From Lysobacterales bacterium (GTDB taxonomy: Bacteria; Pseudomonadota; Gammaproteobacteria; Xanthomonadales; SZUA-36), in NCBI GenBank assembly GCA_037384065.1, contig JARROJ010000021.1:20383-84382 (forward strand): DNA of 64,000 nt, given 5' to 3'. The notes beneath the pieces are model-generated. The model did not search any database. It was not told where the DNA came from and saw only the letters and a list, made by a program, of their open reading frames with translations. Position 1 is the stretch's first letter; the number at the start of each line of letters is the position of its first letter. Below are positions 56,057 through 64,000 of the stretch, piece by piece. A program made the translations under genes and the position numbers.

Positions 56057-57279
56057 TGCTCGTTCTCGAACACGTCTCCGAACTGGCCACCTGCCCGCCC
56101 GGCCATCCGCAGGACGATGCCGGCCTGATCCGCGACGCCGCACTGGTCGCCGATCACGGCGAGATTCTCTGGGTCGGACGCACCGCGGATCTGCCGGCGG
56201 CATTTCGCCCCGGGCCGTCGTCCGGTCAACGCATCGACTGCAGCGGACGCCTGGTCATTCCCGGTCTGGTCGATTGCCACACGCACCTGTGTTTCGGCGG
56301 CTGGCGGGGCGACGAATTCGAGCAACGACTCGCCGGCGCGAGTTACCAGGAGATCGCCGCCGCGGGCGGCGGAATCCTGCGCACCGTCGCAGCGACCCGC
56401 GCGACCGGTCGCGCTGAACTGCTGGCGAAGGCGCGAGCAGCGCTGGACGGCATGCTGCGCCTCGGCGTGACGACCGTGGAATGCAAGAGCGGCTACGGGC
56501 TCGACGAGGCCAATGAGCTCAAGCAGCTTCACGTGTACCGCGAACTCGACGCCACGCATGCGACCGACCTGGTGCCGACGTTTCTCGGCGCGCACGTCAT
56601 TCCGCCGGAGTACCGTGATGACCGCGCGGGCTACGTCGACCTGCTCTGCAACCGACTGATCCCGGCCGTGGCCGACGAGGGGCTGGCCGAATTCTGCGAC
56701 GCGTTCGTCGAACGCGGCGCCTTTACGGTTGCCGAAGGCCGACGCATCCTGTCCGCGGCCCGCGAGCACGGTCTCGGCATCAAACTGCATGCCGACCAGT
56801 TGTCGGATGGCGGTGGCGCGTCGCTGGCGGCCGAGTTCGGCGCCGTTTCCGCCGAGCACCTGGAATACATCGGTGACGACGGCGTGGCGGACCTCCTCGA
56901 GGCCGGGACGGTCGCAGTCAGCCTGCCGCTGGCCTCGCTCTACCTGGGCGAGCGGTACCTGCCCGCGCGCCGACTGCTGACCGCCGGCGTCCCGGTCGCG
57001 GTCGCAACCGATTTCAATCCCGGCTCCGCGCCCAGCTACCACCTGCCGCTGGCCATGACCCTGGCCTGCGTCAACCAGTCGATGACGCCGCAGGAGGCCC
57101 TGAACGGCGCCACGACCGTTGCGGCCCGCGCCCTCGCCCGCGACGACCGGATCGGTTCCCTGCTGCCCGGTTACCGGGCCGATTTCGCGGTGATCGACAG
57201 CCCGGCCCTGAACCACTGGCTGTACCAGTTCGTGCCCAACGCCTGTCTCGCCGTCTACAAGAACGGCGCGGCCTGCTGA
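56056..57279 (+). CDS. hutI: Imidazolonepropionase
   Basis: PGLVDCHTHL, KLHADQ and ATDFNPGS. The ATG overlaps the hutH TGA by 1 nt. Confidence 0.93.
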   Translation: MLVLEHVSELATCPPGHPQDDAGLIRDAALVADHGEILWVGRTADLPAAFRPGPSSGQRIDCSGRLVIPGLVDCHTHLCFGGWRGDEFEQRLAGASYQEIAAAGGGILRTVAATRATGRAELLAKARAALDGMLRLGVTTVECKSGYGLDEANELKQLHVYRELDATHATDLVPTFLGAHVIPPEYRDDRAGYVDLLCNRLIPAVADEGLAEFCDAFVERGAFTVAEGRRILSAAREHGLGIKLHADQLSDGGGASLAAEFGAVSAEHLEYIGDDGVADLLEAGTVAVSLPLASLYLGERYLPARRLLTAGVPVAVATDFNPGSAPSYHLPLAMTLACVNQSMTPQEALNGATTVAARALARDDRIGSLLPGYRADFAVIDSPALNHWLYQFVPNACLAVYKNGAAC

Positions 57280-57422
57280 TCCGCAACGCCGGATCGCGGG
57301 CGTCACCGCGTGTCGTCAGCCGCCGTGCGGTTCGCGACGCCGCGTGCGCGAAGGGGCGCAGAATCTTCCGCAGACTTGATCCAGGTCTATGTACTCCCCC
57401 TTGCATTTCCTCTAAAATACCC

Positions 57423-57441
57423 CTAAATGAAAATCATTCTC
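57423..57441 (+). promoter_or_regulatory. Candidate Fur box upstream of feoA
   Basis: ctaaatgaaaatcattctc matches GATAATGATAATCATTATC at 14 of 19 positions by my hand count. It ends 20 nt before the feoA ATG and overlaps a possible TTGCAT-N17-TAAATG promoter. Confidence 0.6.
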
Positions 57442-57460
57442 AATTAGAAGTTGAACGTTT

Positions 57461-57697
57461 ATGACCCTCAAAGAACTCCGTCCCGGCCAATCCGCCCGCA
57501 TCGAAGCGGTGGACGCCCATCGCCCCGGCGTCCTTCGACTGATGGTGCTGGGACTGATCGAAGGCGCCGAAGTCCGGTACCGGAATTCCGCGATCGGCGG
57601 AGATCCGATGGAACTCTCCGTTTTCGGCACCGCCATCTCCGTGCGCAAGCAACAGGCGGACAGCTTCCGGGTGACGCCGTTACCGGCGGATGTCTGA
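57461..57697 (+). CDS. feoA: Ferrous iron transport protein FeoA
   Basis: 78 aa, SH3-like FeoA pattern (LKELRPGQSARI...LMVLGLIEGAEV). Overlaps the feoB start. Confidence 0.85.
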   Translation: MTLKELRPGQSARIEAVDAHRPGVLRLMVLGLIEGAEVRYRNSAIGGDPMELSVFGTAISVRKQQADSFRVTPLPADV

Positions 57698-59876
57698 ACC
57701 CGCAGAAACCTACGTACCGATCGAATCGATCGGTATACGCCGGCGTGCGTCCCGCACCATTGCCGTCATCGGCAACCCGAACTCGGGCAAGAGCACCCTG
57801 TTCAACCGCCTGACGGGCCTGCGCCAGACAACCGGCAATTACCCGGGCGTTACCGTCGAGAAACATTCCGGCATCGCCCAACTCGAAACCGGTGCCGTCG
57901 AACTGGTCGATCTGCCGGGAATCTATTGCCTCGGCGGCTTCTCGGCCGACGAAAAAATCGCGGTCGACGTGATCCTCGGACGGCTCGAGGCGGCGACGCA
58001 CCCGGACGGCCTGCTGGTCGTGCTGGATGCGACGCACCTGTACCAGGGCCTGTACCTGCTGCAGCAGTTGATGGAAATGAAGCTGCCCACGGTCGTCGCG
58101 CTGACGATGACCGACGTCGCCACGTCGAGCGGCATCGACATCTCGATCGAAGTCCTGCAACGGCATCTGGGGGGTATCCAGATCGTACCGGTCGTCGCCA
58201 AGACCGGCCGCGGCGTCGACAACCTGAAGGCCGCGCTGGAGGAAATCGGCGACGCCGCCGTGCCGTCGATCCCGGAATCGTGGCCGGAACTCAGCGACGC
58301 GGCCGACCGATTGGCGAACCACGCCAACGGCGAAGTGCCACGGATCGACGTCATCCAGGCGCTGTTGCATCCCGACGGCGATGCCGCCGCGCGGCTCGAG
58401 GATCGTATCGGCCCCGCGCACCTCACCGAGGCCCGCTCGGCGCTGTTCGGCAACGAGCCGCCGCAGGCCTGTGAGGCCCGACACCGCTACCGCTGGGTGC
58501 GCCAGGTGCTCGGCGAGTGCCAGCAGCAGGCGCCGTTACTCGACCGCTTCGGCGCGAAGATTCTGCGCTGGTTCAATCGGCCCTGGCCCGCCACGCTGAC
58601 CTTTTTCATCGTCATGGCGCTGATGTTCCAGGCCGTGTTTTCCTGGGCCACTCCGTTGATGGAAGGGATCGATGGCGCCGCGACCGCCCTGTCCGGCTGG
58701 GTCGCCGCGCACCTGCCGCCGGGCGCCTTTTCGAGCTTTCTCACCGATGGCGTTATCGCCGGGGTCGGCAGCGTCATCGTGTTCCTGCCACAGATCCTGA
58801 TCCTGTTCCTGTTCATCATCGTACTGGAGGACTCGGGCTTCCTGGCGCGCGCTGCGTTCCTGATGGACCGCGTCATGCGCGGCGTCGGCCTGTCGGGTCA
58901 ATCGGTGATCCCGATGCTGTCCAGCTTCGCCTGCGCGGTGCCGGCAATCATGGCTACCCGGGTGATTCCCAACCGGCGGGACCGCATCGCCACGATCCTG
59001 GCCGCCCCGTTCATGACCTGCTCGGCACGCCTGCCGGTCTACGCGCTGTTGATCGCGGCCTTTGTGCCGCAGCAGCGAGTCGGCTGGTTCAACCTGCAGG
59101 GCCTGGTGCTGCTCGGCCTGTACCTGCTCGGCATCGCCGGCGGACTGATCACGGCATGGTTGCTCAAGCGGTCCGCGTTACGTGGCCCCAAGCCGCAATT
59201 CGCCCTGGCGCTGCCCGAGTTTCGCTGGCCAAACCCGCAAACGGTCGCGATCAAGCTGCTGGATCGCGCACGGGTTTTCGTCAAGCGGGCCGGCACCGTG
59301 ATCTTCGCGGTCGCCGTGCTGATCTGGGCGCTGGCGTATTTTCCCCGCTCGGACGACGTGAGCAGCGACCTGGAAGCCGCCGTGCAACGCGCCGAAACGA
59401 CCCTGGACGGCGCACGGCTGGACGCCGAGGTCGAACGCCTGGAACAGGTCGCCGCCGCGGCGCAGCTCGAACAGAGTATGCTCGGCCGTGCCGGGCAGTT
59501 TCTCGAACCGGTGTTCCGCCCGCTCGGCTGGGACTGGCGCGTCTCCGCCGCCGTGATCGCCGGTTTCCCGGCGCGCGAGGTGGTCGTCGCGGTGATGGGC
59601 ACCATCTATGCGGTCGGTGAAGAGGCCGAGGAATCCAGCCTGGCGGGCAAGTTGCGTTCCGCGAGCTGGCCCGACGGCAGCCCGGTCTTCACGCTGCCGA
59701 TGGTGCTCGGTCTGCTGATCTTCTACGCCTGGTGCCTGCAGTGCGCCGCCACCATCGCCGTCATCCGACGCGAAACGAACAGCTGGCGCTGGCCGGTGTT
59801 TGCATGGAGCTATATGACGGTGCTCGGCTATTCCGGGGCCTTTCTCGTCTACCAGCTGGGCAGTATGGCGCACTGA
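57690..59876 (+). CDS. feoB: Ferrous iron transporter FeoB
   Basis: N-terminal G-domain (IAVIGNPNSGKSTLFN, GVTVE, DLPG) followed by a polytopic membrane domain. 728 aa. Confidence 0.95.
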   Translation: MSEPAETYVPIESIGIRRRASRTIAVIGNPNSGKSTLFNRLTGLRQTTGNYPGVTVEKHSGIAQLETGAVELVDLPGIYCLGGFSADEKIAVDVILGRLEAATHPDGLLVVLDATHLYQGLYLLQQLMEMKLPTVVALTMTDVATSSGIDISIEVLQRHLGGIQIVPVVAKTGRGVDNLKAALEEIGDAAVPSIPESWPELSDAADRLANHANGEVPRIDVIQALLHPDGDAAARLEDRIGPAHLTEARSALFGNEPPQACEARHRYRWVRQVLGECQQQAPLLDRFGAKILRWFNRPWPATLTFFIVMALMFQAVFSWATPLMEGIDGAATALSGWVAAHLPPGAFSSFLTDGVIAGVGSVIVFLPQILILFLFIIVLEDSGFLARAAFLMDRVMRGVGLSGQSVIPMLSSFACAVPAIMATRVIPNRRDRIATILAAPFMTCSARLPVYALLIAAFVPQQRVGWFNLQGLVLLGLYLLGIAGGLITAWLLKRSALRGPKPQFALALPEFRWPNPQTVAIKLLDRARVFVKRAGTVIFAVAVLIWALAYFPRSDDVSSDLEAAVQRAETTLDGARLDAEVERLEQVAAAAQLEQSMLGRAGQFLEPVFRPLGWDWRVSAAVIAGFPAREVVVAVMGTIYAVGEEAEESSLAGKLRSASWPDGSPVFTLPMVLGLLIFYAWCLQCAATIAVIRRETNSWRWPVFAWSYMTVLGYSGAFLVYQLGSMAH

Positions 59877-60029
59877 TCCCGCGCCGGGCGGATCGCCGGG
59901 TCACGTATTGATCGACCTTACTGAGTCGCGGAGCCGCTCCGATCATTCCGCGGAGCGCGTCTTTCAATGGGGCGCCAAACGACAGCCTCGCCAATTGCCG
60001 CGGCCGAGTATTCGAACGAAACCGTCGTA

Positions 60030-60575
60030 CTACCCGCGATAGCGTATCGCTGCGAGACCCGCCATCAGGAAGGTCAGAATAATCAGGCCCGGCATTGAAA
60101 GTGTCGGCACGGGCGTAGCCTCGACGGGTGCGACCACCGCGGTCGAACGTTCGGTCGTGTCCTCCGGGCCGTCGCAATCGAAGTCATCCAGATCGACAAA
60201 CCCGTCGTTGTCGTTGTCGATGCCGTCGCTGCACTGGGTCGGCGACTCGGTGGCGTCCTCGCTGTCGACGCAGTTGAAGTCATCCAGATCGACGAAACCG
60301 TCGTTGTCGTTGTCGATGCCGTCGCTGCACTGGGTCGGCGATTCGGTGTCGTCGTTACTATCGACGCAGTTGAAATCCTGCAGATCGATGAAACCATCGT
60401 TGTCGTTGTCGATACCGTCGCTGCATTCGGTCTGCGCAAGGGCCTGGGTGCTAAAAATCAGCAACAGCGCAACAAGCGCAATTTTTGATGATCGCCAGAA
60501 GGCTTTTCGAACAGCTTTCGCGGGGAAAAGTGGATCAAGAACCCGGGTTACGAAACGTGCCTGCATCCTTTGCAT
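60030..60575 (-). CDS. Secreted repeat protein: three Cys-bracketed Asp-rich (Ca-binding-like) modules plus an IPTL-CTERM-type C-terminal sorting tag
   Basis: ATG at 60575 with an AGGAGG Shine-Dalgarno sequence 8 nt upstream. Signal peptide ...SSKIALVALLLIFSTQALA/QTE. Three copies of (E/Q)CSDGIDNDNDGF(I/V)DL(Q/D)DF(N/D)C. The C-terminus VPTLSMPGLIILTFLMAGLAAIRYRG gives the motif, a TM helix and basic residues. Confidence 0.7.
   Translation of the reverse strand: MQRMQARFVTRVLDPLFPAKAVRKAFWRSSKIALVALLLIFSTQALAQTECSDGIDNDNDGFIDLQDFNCVDSNDDTESPTQCSDGIDNDNDGFVDLDDFNCVDSEDATESPTQCSDGIDNDNDGFVDLDDFDCDGPEDTTERSTAVVAPVEATPVPTLSMPGLIILTFLMAGLAAIRYRG
60180..60434. repeat. Tandem 96-bp coding repeats (2 full units plus 1 partial, more divergent unit)
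   Basis: Units 60180-60275 and 60276-60371 differ at about 8 of 96 positions by hand alignment. The third unit (60372-c. 60434) is more diverged. Each unit encodes one 32-aa module. Confidence 0.9.
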
Positions 60576-60794
60576 GGTGAATCCTCCTGGTCTGTTTCGC
60601 CCGTTACCGGCGCCCGAACAGAGCGGCCGAGGAGCGGAATCAGTTGAACGGCATGCTACAGACATTTCGGAAGGGCGTCCAATTCAAGGTTGATTTCCGG
60701 AATCTTTTCGGGCGTTGACCGATCACATCGCGGGCCTTCAGATCGCCGATCTTCAATAAAACCGGGCAATCGTTCGTTTTAACCATTCCTGAAG

Positions 60795-60837
60795 CGGACG
60801 CCGGGATACTTTTCCGCACAAAGACGCCCGGCGTCCG
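60795..60837. repeat. GC-rich inverted repeat (11-bp stem, 21-nt loop)
   Basis: cggacgccggg (60795-60805) pairs with cccggcgtccg (60827-60837). There is no flanking T-tract on either strand. It lies between the DUF3604 gene and the repeat-protein gene. Confidence 0.7.
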
Positions 60838-61012
60838 ATCCTTTCAGACCATGCCAGCCGGTGAATTCACCCCACCTACGGTATCAGCTGAAAATCGGAA
60901 TAAAGCTCTGTTGAGAGTGCACTGGCCGTCAACGATCCGAGGCAGAACCAAAGGCCGTCCGATCGCTTGCCTGCGTTTCGGCCGAGAGCAAGCGCCTATC
61001 CCCGTCGTTGAA

Positions 61013-62899
61013 CTAGGGCGTATACCAGATGGGGCTCGTATAAGCCCGGTCGGTTACTGCCATGGCGGTGCCTTCCGGCATCTCGATCCCGAAATACTTG
61101 GCGTCGTAAGCGGTCCAACGGGGTGTCGGAATCTCGATGACCCGAACGTAATAGAATGCCTTGAGTCCGGAATCGAAATCAGGATCCTTCCAGTAGCCGG
61201 AAAGGACGGCCGAGCCGATCGTATTCGTGTAGGTCGCATTCGCGACGTCGACGGTGTTGCCAACGGAGTCGTGGGCACGGCCGTCAGCGCCGATCTCGCG
61301 GCCACCCGAAACGGCCACGTCATAAATTCGCTCGTGCAGGTCCCCACGCTTGTCGAGCCAGCCCTTGATGATCTGGATGCGGTCCAGGTTCGCGCCATCC
61401 GGATCGCGCAGTGCGCGAACCATGAAACTCGGCGCAGCACCTTCCGGGCCGGGGAGAAGATCGCCGCCCATTGGAACACCCCGGGCATAACCCTGCTGGG
61501 CGAAGTCGGGGCGTTGAACCTCGGAGGGTTCGAAATCCCATCCAGCGAAGACGCGGACGCGCAGGCGAGTGCCTGTAGTGGCGTAAACCTCACGCCTGGC
61601 GAAGGCGTCCCAGATAGCCTCGCGGGTATTTTCAACGGCCCATGCGGCAGCGAGGCCCGAGGCACCCAGGTCGATGTCTCGAATGGAGTAAGCAGGATCG
61701 ACCGGGCTTTCAATGAAGTAGCCGTCACGGCGATGCGGTGAGGGCTCCACGAAGTGAATCTTTCCGAACCAGTTCTCCTCCCGCGTCGACGGGATGGCGT
61801 TATGGCTGTCGGTCGAGCCCACCATGCCGAACTTGAACGGATTCACGCCCACGCGAGCCTCCTCCGCCAAACCGAGTTTCAGCGCCTCACGGGCGTACTC
61901 TGTTCGCAGCATCTCCGGCGTCTTCGGCTCCGTGCCCGTGAGGTTCGACTTGTCCATGAGTTCAAAGTCCGCGAACTCGTCTTCCGGTGAGAGCAGTGGG
62001 TGCGCTTCGCTGGTGCCCTTGGGCTGGGTGACTTCGACAACCCGCTCGAAACGCTGGCGCCGTTTGGCGTAGTCCTTGTCGAAGCGCTTACCGTCAAATG
62101 TTTCGAGCATGAACATCATCCCGTTGGACAAGTTGCCGTTGTGCGGTATGGCGAAGACCCTGCCCCCGGTTTTGCTTTCGTACGCATGGAGGTATTCCCA
62201 GAGGTCTTCCGGATCATCGCTGTCGAAGGCGGAGAACGGCACCACTTGCCGGGTGCGATCCTTCCCGTCCCGGAAGATGACGTTGCGGTGCAGGTTGTTG
62301 CTCCCCGGCCCGGATGTCCACTCATAGCCGATAAAGGTGGTGAAGACACCCGGCTGGTTGAAGCGTTCCGCGTTCTCAATCACCCGTTCCCAGACCCGTG
62401 AGCGCATCTCGGCGCTGTCGATGGGATCCTCGCCCTTTGCATTGAACGCGCTCCACTCATAGGCAGCCTTGATCCCTTCGCCCGCATTGAAATACTCGAG
62501 CCATTTCCGCCCATTCTCGCTCTTCTTGAGGAGAGGGTCTCCACGGTCCAGGTAGTCGTATATCCCGAGGTTCTCGGCATGGTCCGCAACGACCACGAAA
62601 TCGAGCGGGCGGACGAGCTTGAAGGGCAAGCCCGTCTGGCTGGTCACCTGCTCGCCTCGCGCAACCCGGTAGGCAAACTCCGGCCCAAGTGTCGCGCCCG
62701 CGAGACCGGCATCCGCCGACCAGGAGGTGTGCAGGTGGGTGTCGCCGAAGTAAACCTGCTGTGGAAAATCCTGATCGACGTAGGGCGAATAATGCTCGAC
62801 TTTTCCCGAGTGGCTGCCGTCGGGCACGGTAAATTCCTGCGCGACACCGAGCGTAGCCGGGAGGACCAGAAATGCGGAAATCGAAACAAGAAATTTCAT
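61013..62899 (-). CDS. Secreted DUF3604-family protein (putative metal-dependent hydrolase)
   Basis: ATG at 62899 (MKFLVSISAFLVLPATLGVAQE signal peptide). Motifs FGDTHLHTSWSADA, VVADHAE, IGYEWTS, AIPHNGNLSNG, GSTDSHN and C-terminal RAYTSPIWY. The family assignment is from memory of the DUF3604 pattern. Confidence 0.78.
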   Translation of the reverse strand: MKFLVSISAFLVLPATLGVAQEFTVPDGSHSGKVEHYSPYVDQDFPQQVYFGDTHLHTSWSADAGLAGATLGPEFAYRVARGEQVTSQTGLPFKLVRPLDFVVVADHAENLGIYDYLDRGDPLLKKSENGRKWLEYFNAGEGIKAAYEWSAFNAKGEDPIDSAEMRSRVWERVIENAERFNQPGVFTTFIGYEWTSGPGSNNLHRNVIFRDGKDRTRQVVPFSAFDSDDPEDLWEYLHAYESKTGGRVFAIPHNGNLSNGMMFMLETFDGKRFDKDYAKRRQRFERVVEVTQPKGTSEAHPLLSPEDEFADFELMDKSNLTGTEPKTPEMLRTEYAREALKLGLAEEARVGVNPFKFGMVGSTDSHNAIPSTREENWFGKIHFVEPSPHRRDGYFIESPVDPAYSIRDIDLGASGLAAAWAVENTREAIWDAFARREVYATTGTRLRVRVFAGWDFEPSEVQRPDFAQQGYARGVPMGGDLLPGPEGAAPSFMVRALRDPDGANLDRIQIIKGWLDKRGDLHERIYDVAVSGGREIGADGRAHDSVGNTVDVANATYTNTIGSAVLSGYWKDPDFDSGLKAFYYVRVIEIPTPRWTAYDAKYFGIEMPEGTAMAVTDRAYTSPIWYTP

Positions 62900-63134
62900 G
62901 GAACAGCCACCTGCCAAATCTGAACGTTCGGCGAGAGTAGCACAACGCGCCAATTTCGTCGTTCGCGCGAGCGTCCGCTTCGGACCGATTTGAGACGTAC
63001 AACGTGCTCAACGGGCCCCGCATTCTGGTTCCGGTTACCGCACAAAAAAGGATACACCCCGCAAGGCCGGGGATTGCGGAGATGGCGATGATCGCTGACA
63101 ACCCAAGCGCACCCGCGTTCTGAATCCTGCCCTG

Positions 63135-63165
63135 TCAAAGAAAAAGCCCGGCATGAGCCGGGCTT
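63135..63165 (-). terminator. Rho-independent terminator of rplQ
   Basis: The minus strand has AAGCCCGGC-ucau-GCCGGGCUU (9-bp stem, 4-nt loop) followed by UUUCUUUG, 43 nt after the rplQ stop. Confidence 0.75.
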
Positions 63166-63207
63166 CGTGTTTCGCGATGATCGTCCTGAGACGACCCAAC
63201 GGTACGG

Positions 63208-63594
63208 TCACTCCGCTTCGACGCCCTCGTCGGCGCGCGGGCGGTCGACCAGTTCGACGTAGGCCATCGGCGCGCTGTCGCCGGCACGGTAGCCGCATTT
63301 CATGATGCGGAGGTAGCCGCCCGGGCGGTCCGCGTAGCGCGGCCCGAGTTCATTGAACAGCTTGGTGACCACATCGCGGTCGCGCAGCCGGTCGAAAGCC
63401 TGGCGGCGATGCGCCACGCTGTCCGTCTTCGCCAGCGTAATCAGCGGTTCGGCCACGCGGCGAAGTTCCTTCGCCTTCGGCACGGTGGTCTTGATGATTT
63501 CATGCTCGAACAGCGACGACGCCATGTTGCGGAACATGGCCTTACGGTGGGCGCTGTCGCGGTTCAGTTTTCTTCCAGCTTTTTGGTGACGCAT
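63208..63594 (-). CDS. rplQ: 50S ribosomal protein L17
   Basis: [28 protein letters not shown]...GGYLRIMK. 128 aa. Confidence 0.97.
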   Translation of the reverse strand: MRHQKAGRKLNRDSAHRKAMFRNMASSLFEHEIIKTTVPKAKELRRVAEPLITLAKTDSVAHRRQAFDRLRDRDVVTKLFNELGPRYADRPGGYLRIMKCGYRAGDSAPMAYVELVDRPRADEGVEAE

Positions 63595-63638
63595 GGTCGT
63601 GTCCTATCTCATTCCGCCGGGCGGGTTCGAACGCCTGT

Positions 63639-64000
63639 TCAGGCGCCGACGAGGCTCTCCGGCGGCCAGTTTTCCAGTTTCATGCCCAACGAGAGATCGT
63701 GCGACGCGAGTACGTCCTTGATTTCCGTCAGGGATTTCTTGCCCAGGTTCGGGGTCTTCAGCAGTTCGACCTCGGTGCGCTGCACCAGGTCGCCGATGTA
63801 CAGAATGCTCTCCGCTTTCAGGCAGTTCGCGGAGCGCACGGTCAGTTCGAGGTCGTCGATCGGCCGCAACAGCACTGGGTCGATTTCCTGTTCCTTCTCC
63901 TCGACTTCCACGACCTGGCGCGCCTTGAAATCGACGAACACGGACAGCTGATCGTACAGGATGTTCGCCGCCAGCTTGACCGCGCCTTCACAGTCCACCG
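63639..64000 (-). CDS. rpoA: DNA-directed RNA polymerase alpha subunit, C-terminal part (5' end outside the window)
   Basis: Alpha-CTD sequence: [56 protein letters not shown]. Confidence 0.95.
   Translation of the reverse strand, partial: VDCEGAVKLAANILYDQLSVFVDFKARQVVEVEEKEQEIDPVLLRPIDDLELTVRSANCLKAESILYIGDLVQRTEVELLKTPNLGKKSLTEIKDVLASHDLSLGMKLENWPPESLVGA

Noticed and set aside
59877-60029. Looked for a FeoC-like small ORF or an RNA gene after feoB
   Set aside because: No ORF has a plausible start and Shine-Dalgarno sequence, and no tRNA-like or strong hairpin structure is evident by eye.
60180-60434. Regularly spaced repeats that could be mistaken for a CRISPR-like array
   Set aside because: The units are contiguous with no spacers, 96 bp long, in frame, and encode the 32-aa protein module. 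They are coding tandem repeats.

Overview
High-GC chromosomal segment, probably gammaproteobacterial: the gene order yibN-like rhodanese/secB/gpsA next to gpmI/envC, rhlB-trxA-rho, ftsEX-rpoH and a Pseudomonas-type aa3 cox cluster all point that way. It is packed almost wall to wall with about 58 protein genes and has no rRNA, tRNA, CRISPR array or recognisable transposase. Reading left to right:
- deoA (partial), a NERD-domain membrane protein, and a split class II ribonucleotide reductase (nrdJa/nrdJb) with tandem NrdR boxes.
- trmL, gpsA-secB-rhodanese, and gpmI-envC-ctp.
- A tight minus-strand string: putA-exeA-gspB-rhomboid-DUF1820.
- A complete aa3 cytochrome oxidase and assembly cluster: coxB, ctaD, small ORF, ctaG, coxC, SURF1, SCO-like, ctaA, cyoE.
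- gcvP, rpoH-ftsX-ftsE, rhlB, trxA, rho, and a secreted Zn-metalloprotease.
- A methylcitrate locus (mdh-prpB-prpC ... prpD) interrupted by cybB-yceI-yceI.
- ggt, pdxB, typA, class II DAHP synthase, dsbB, hutUHI, and Fur-box-preceded feoAB.
- A lower-GC accessory stretch of about 3.3 kb (59.9-63.2 kb), then rplQ and the end of rpoA.

The accessory stretch carries a secreted DUF3604 protein and a small secreted protein built from three Cys-bracketed Asp-rich repeats ending in an IPTL-CTERM-type sorting tag. This is the least explained part of the window.

Other points worth a second look are the out-of-frame Zn-ribbon tail of nrdJb, the 385-bp structured nrdJa-nrdJb spacer, mdh translationally coupled to prpB, and a metalloprotease gene that starts inside the rho stop codon. 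I see no clear complete novel multi-gene system such as a defence island. Many long ORFs in the supplied track are antisense artefacts of high GC.
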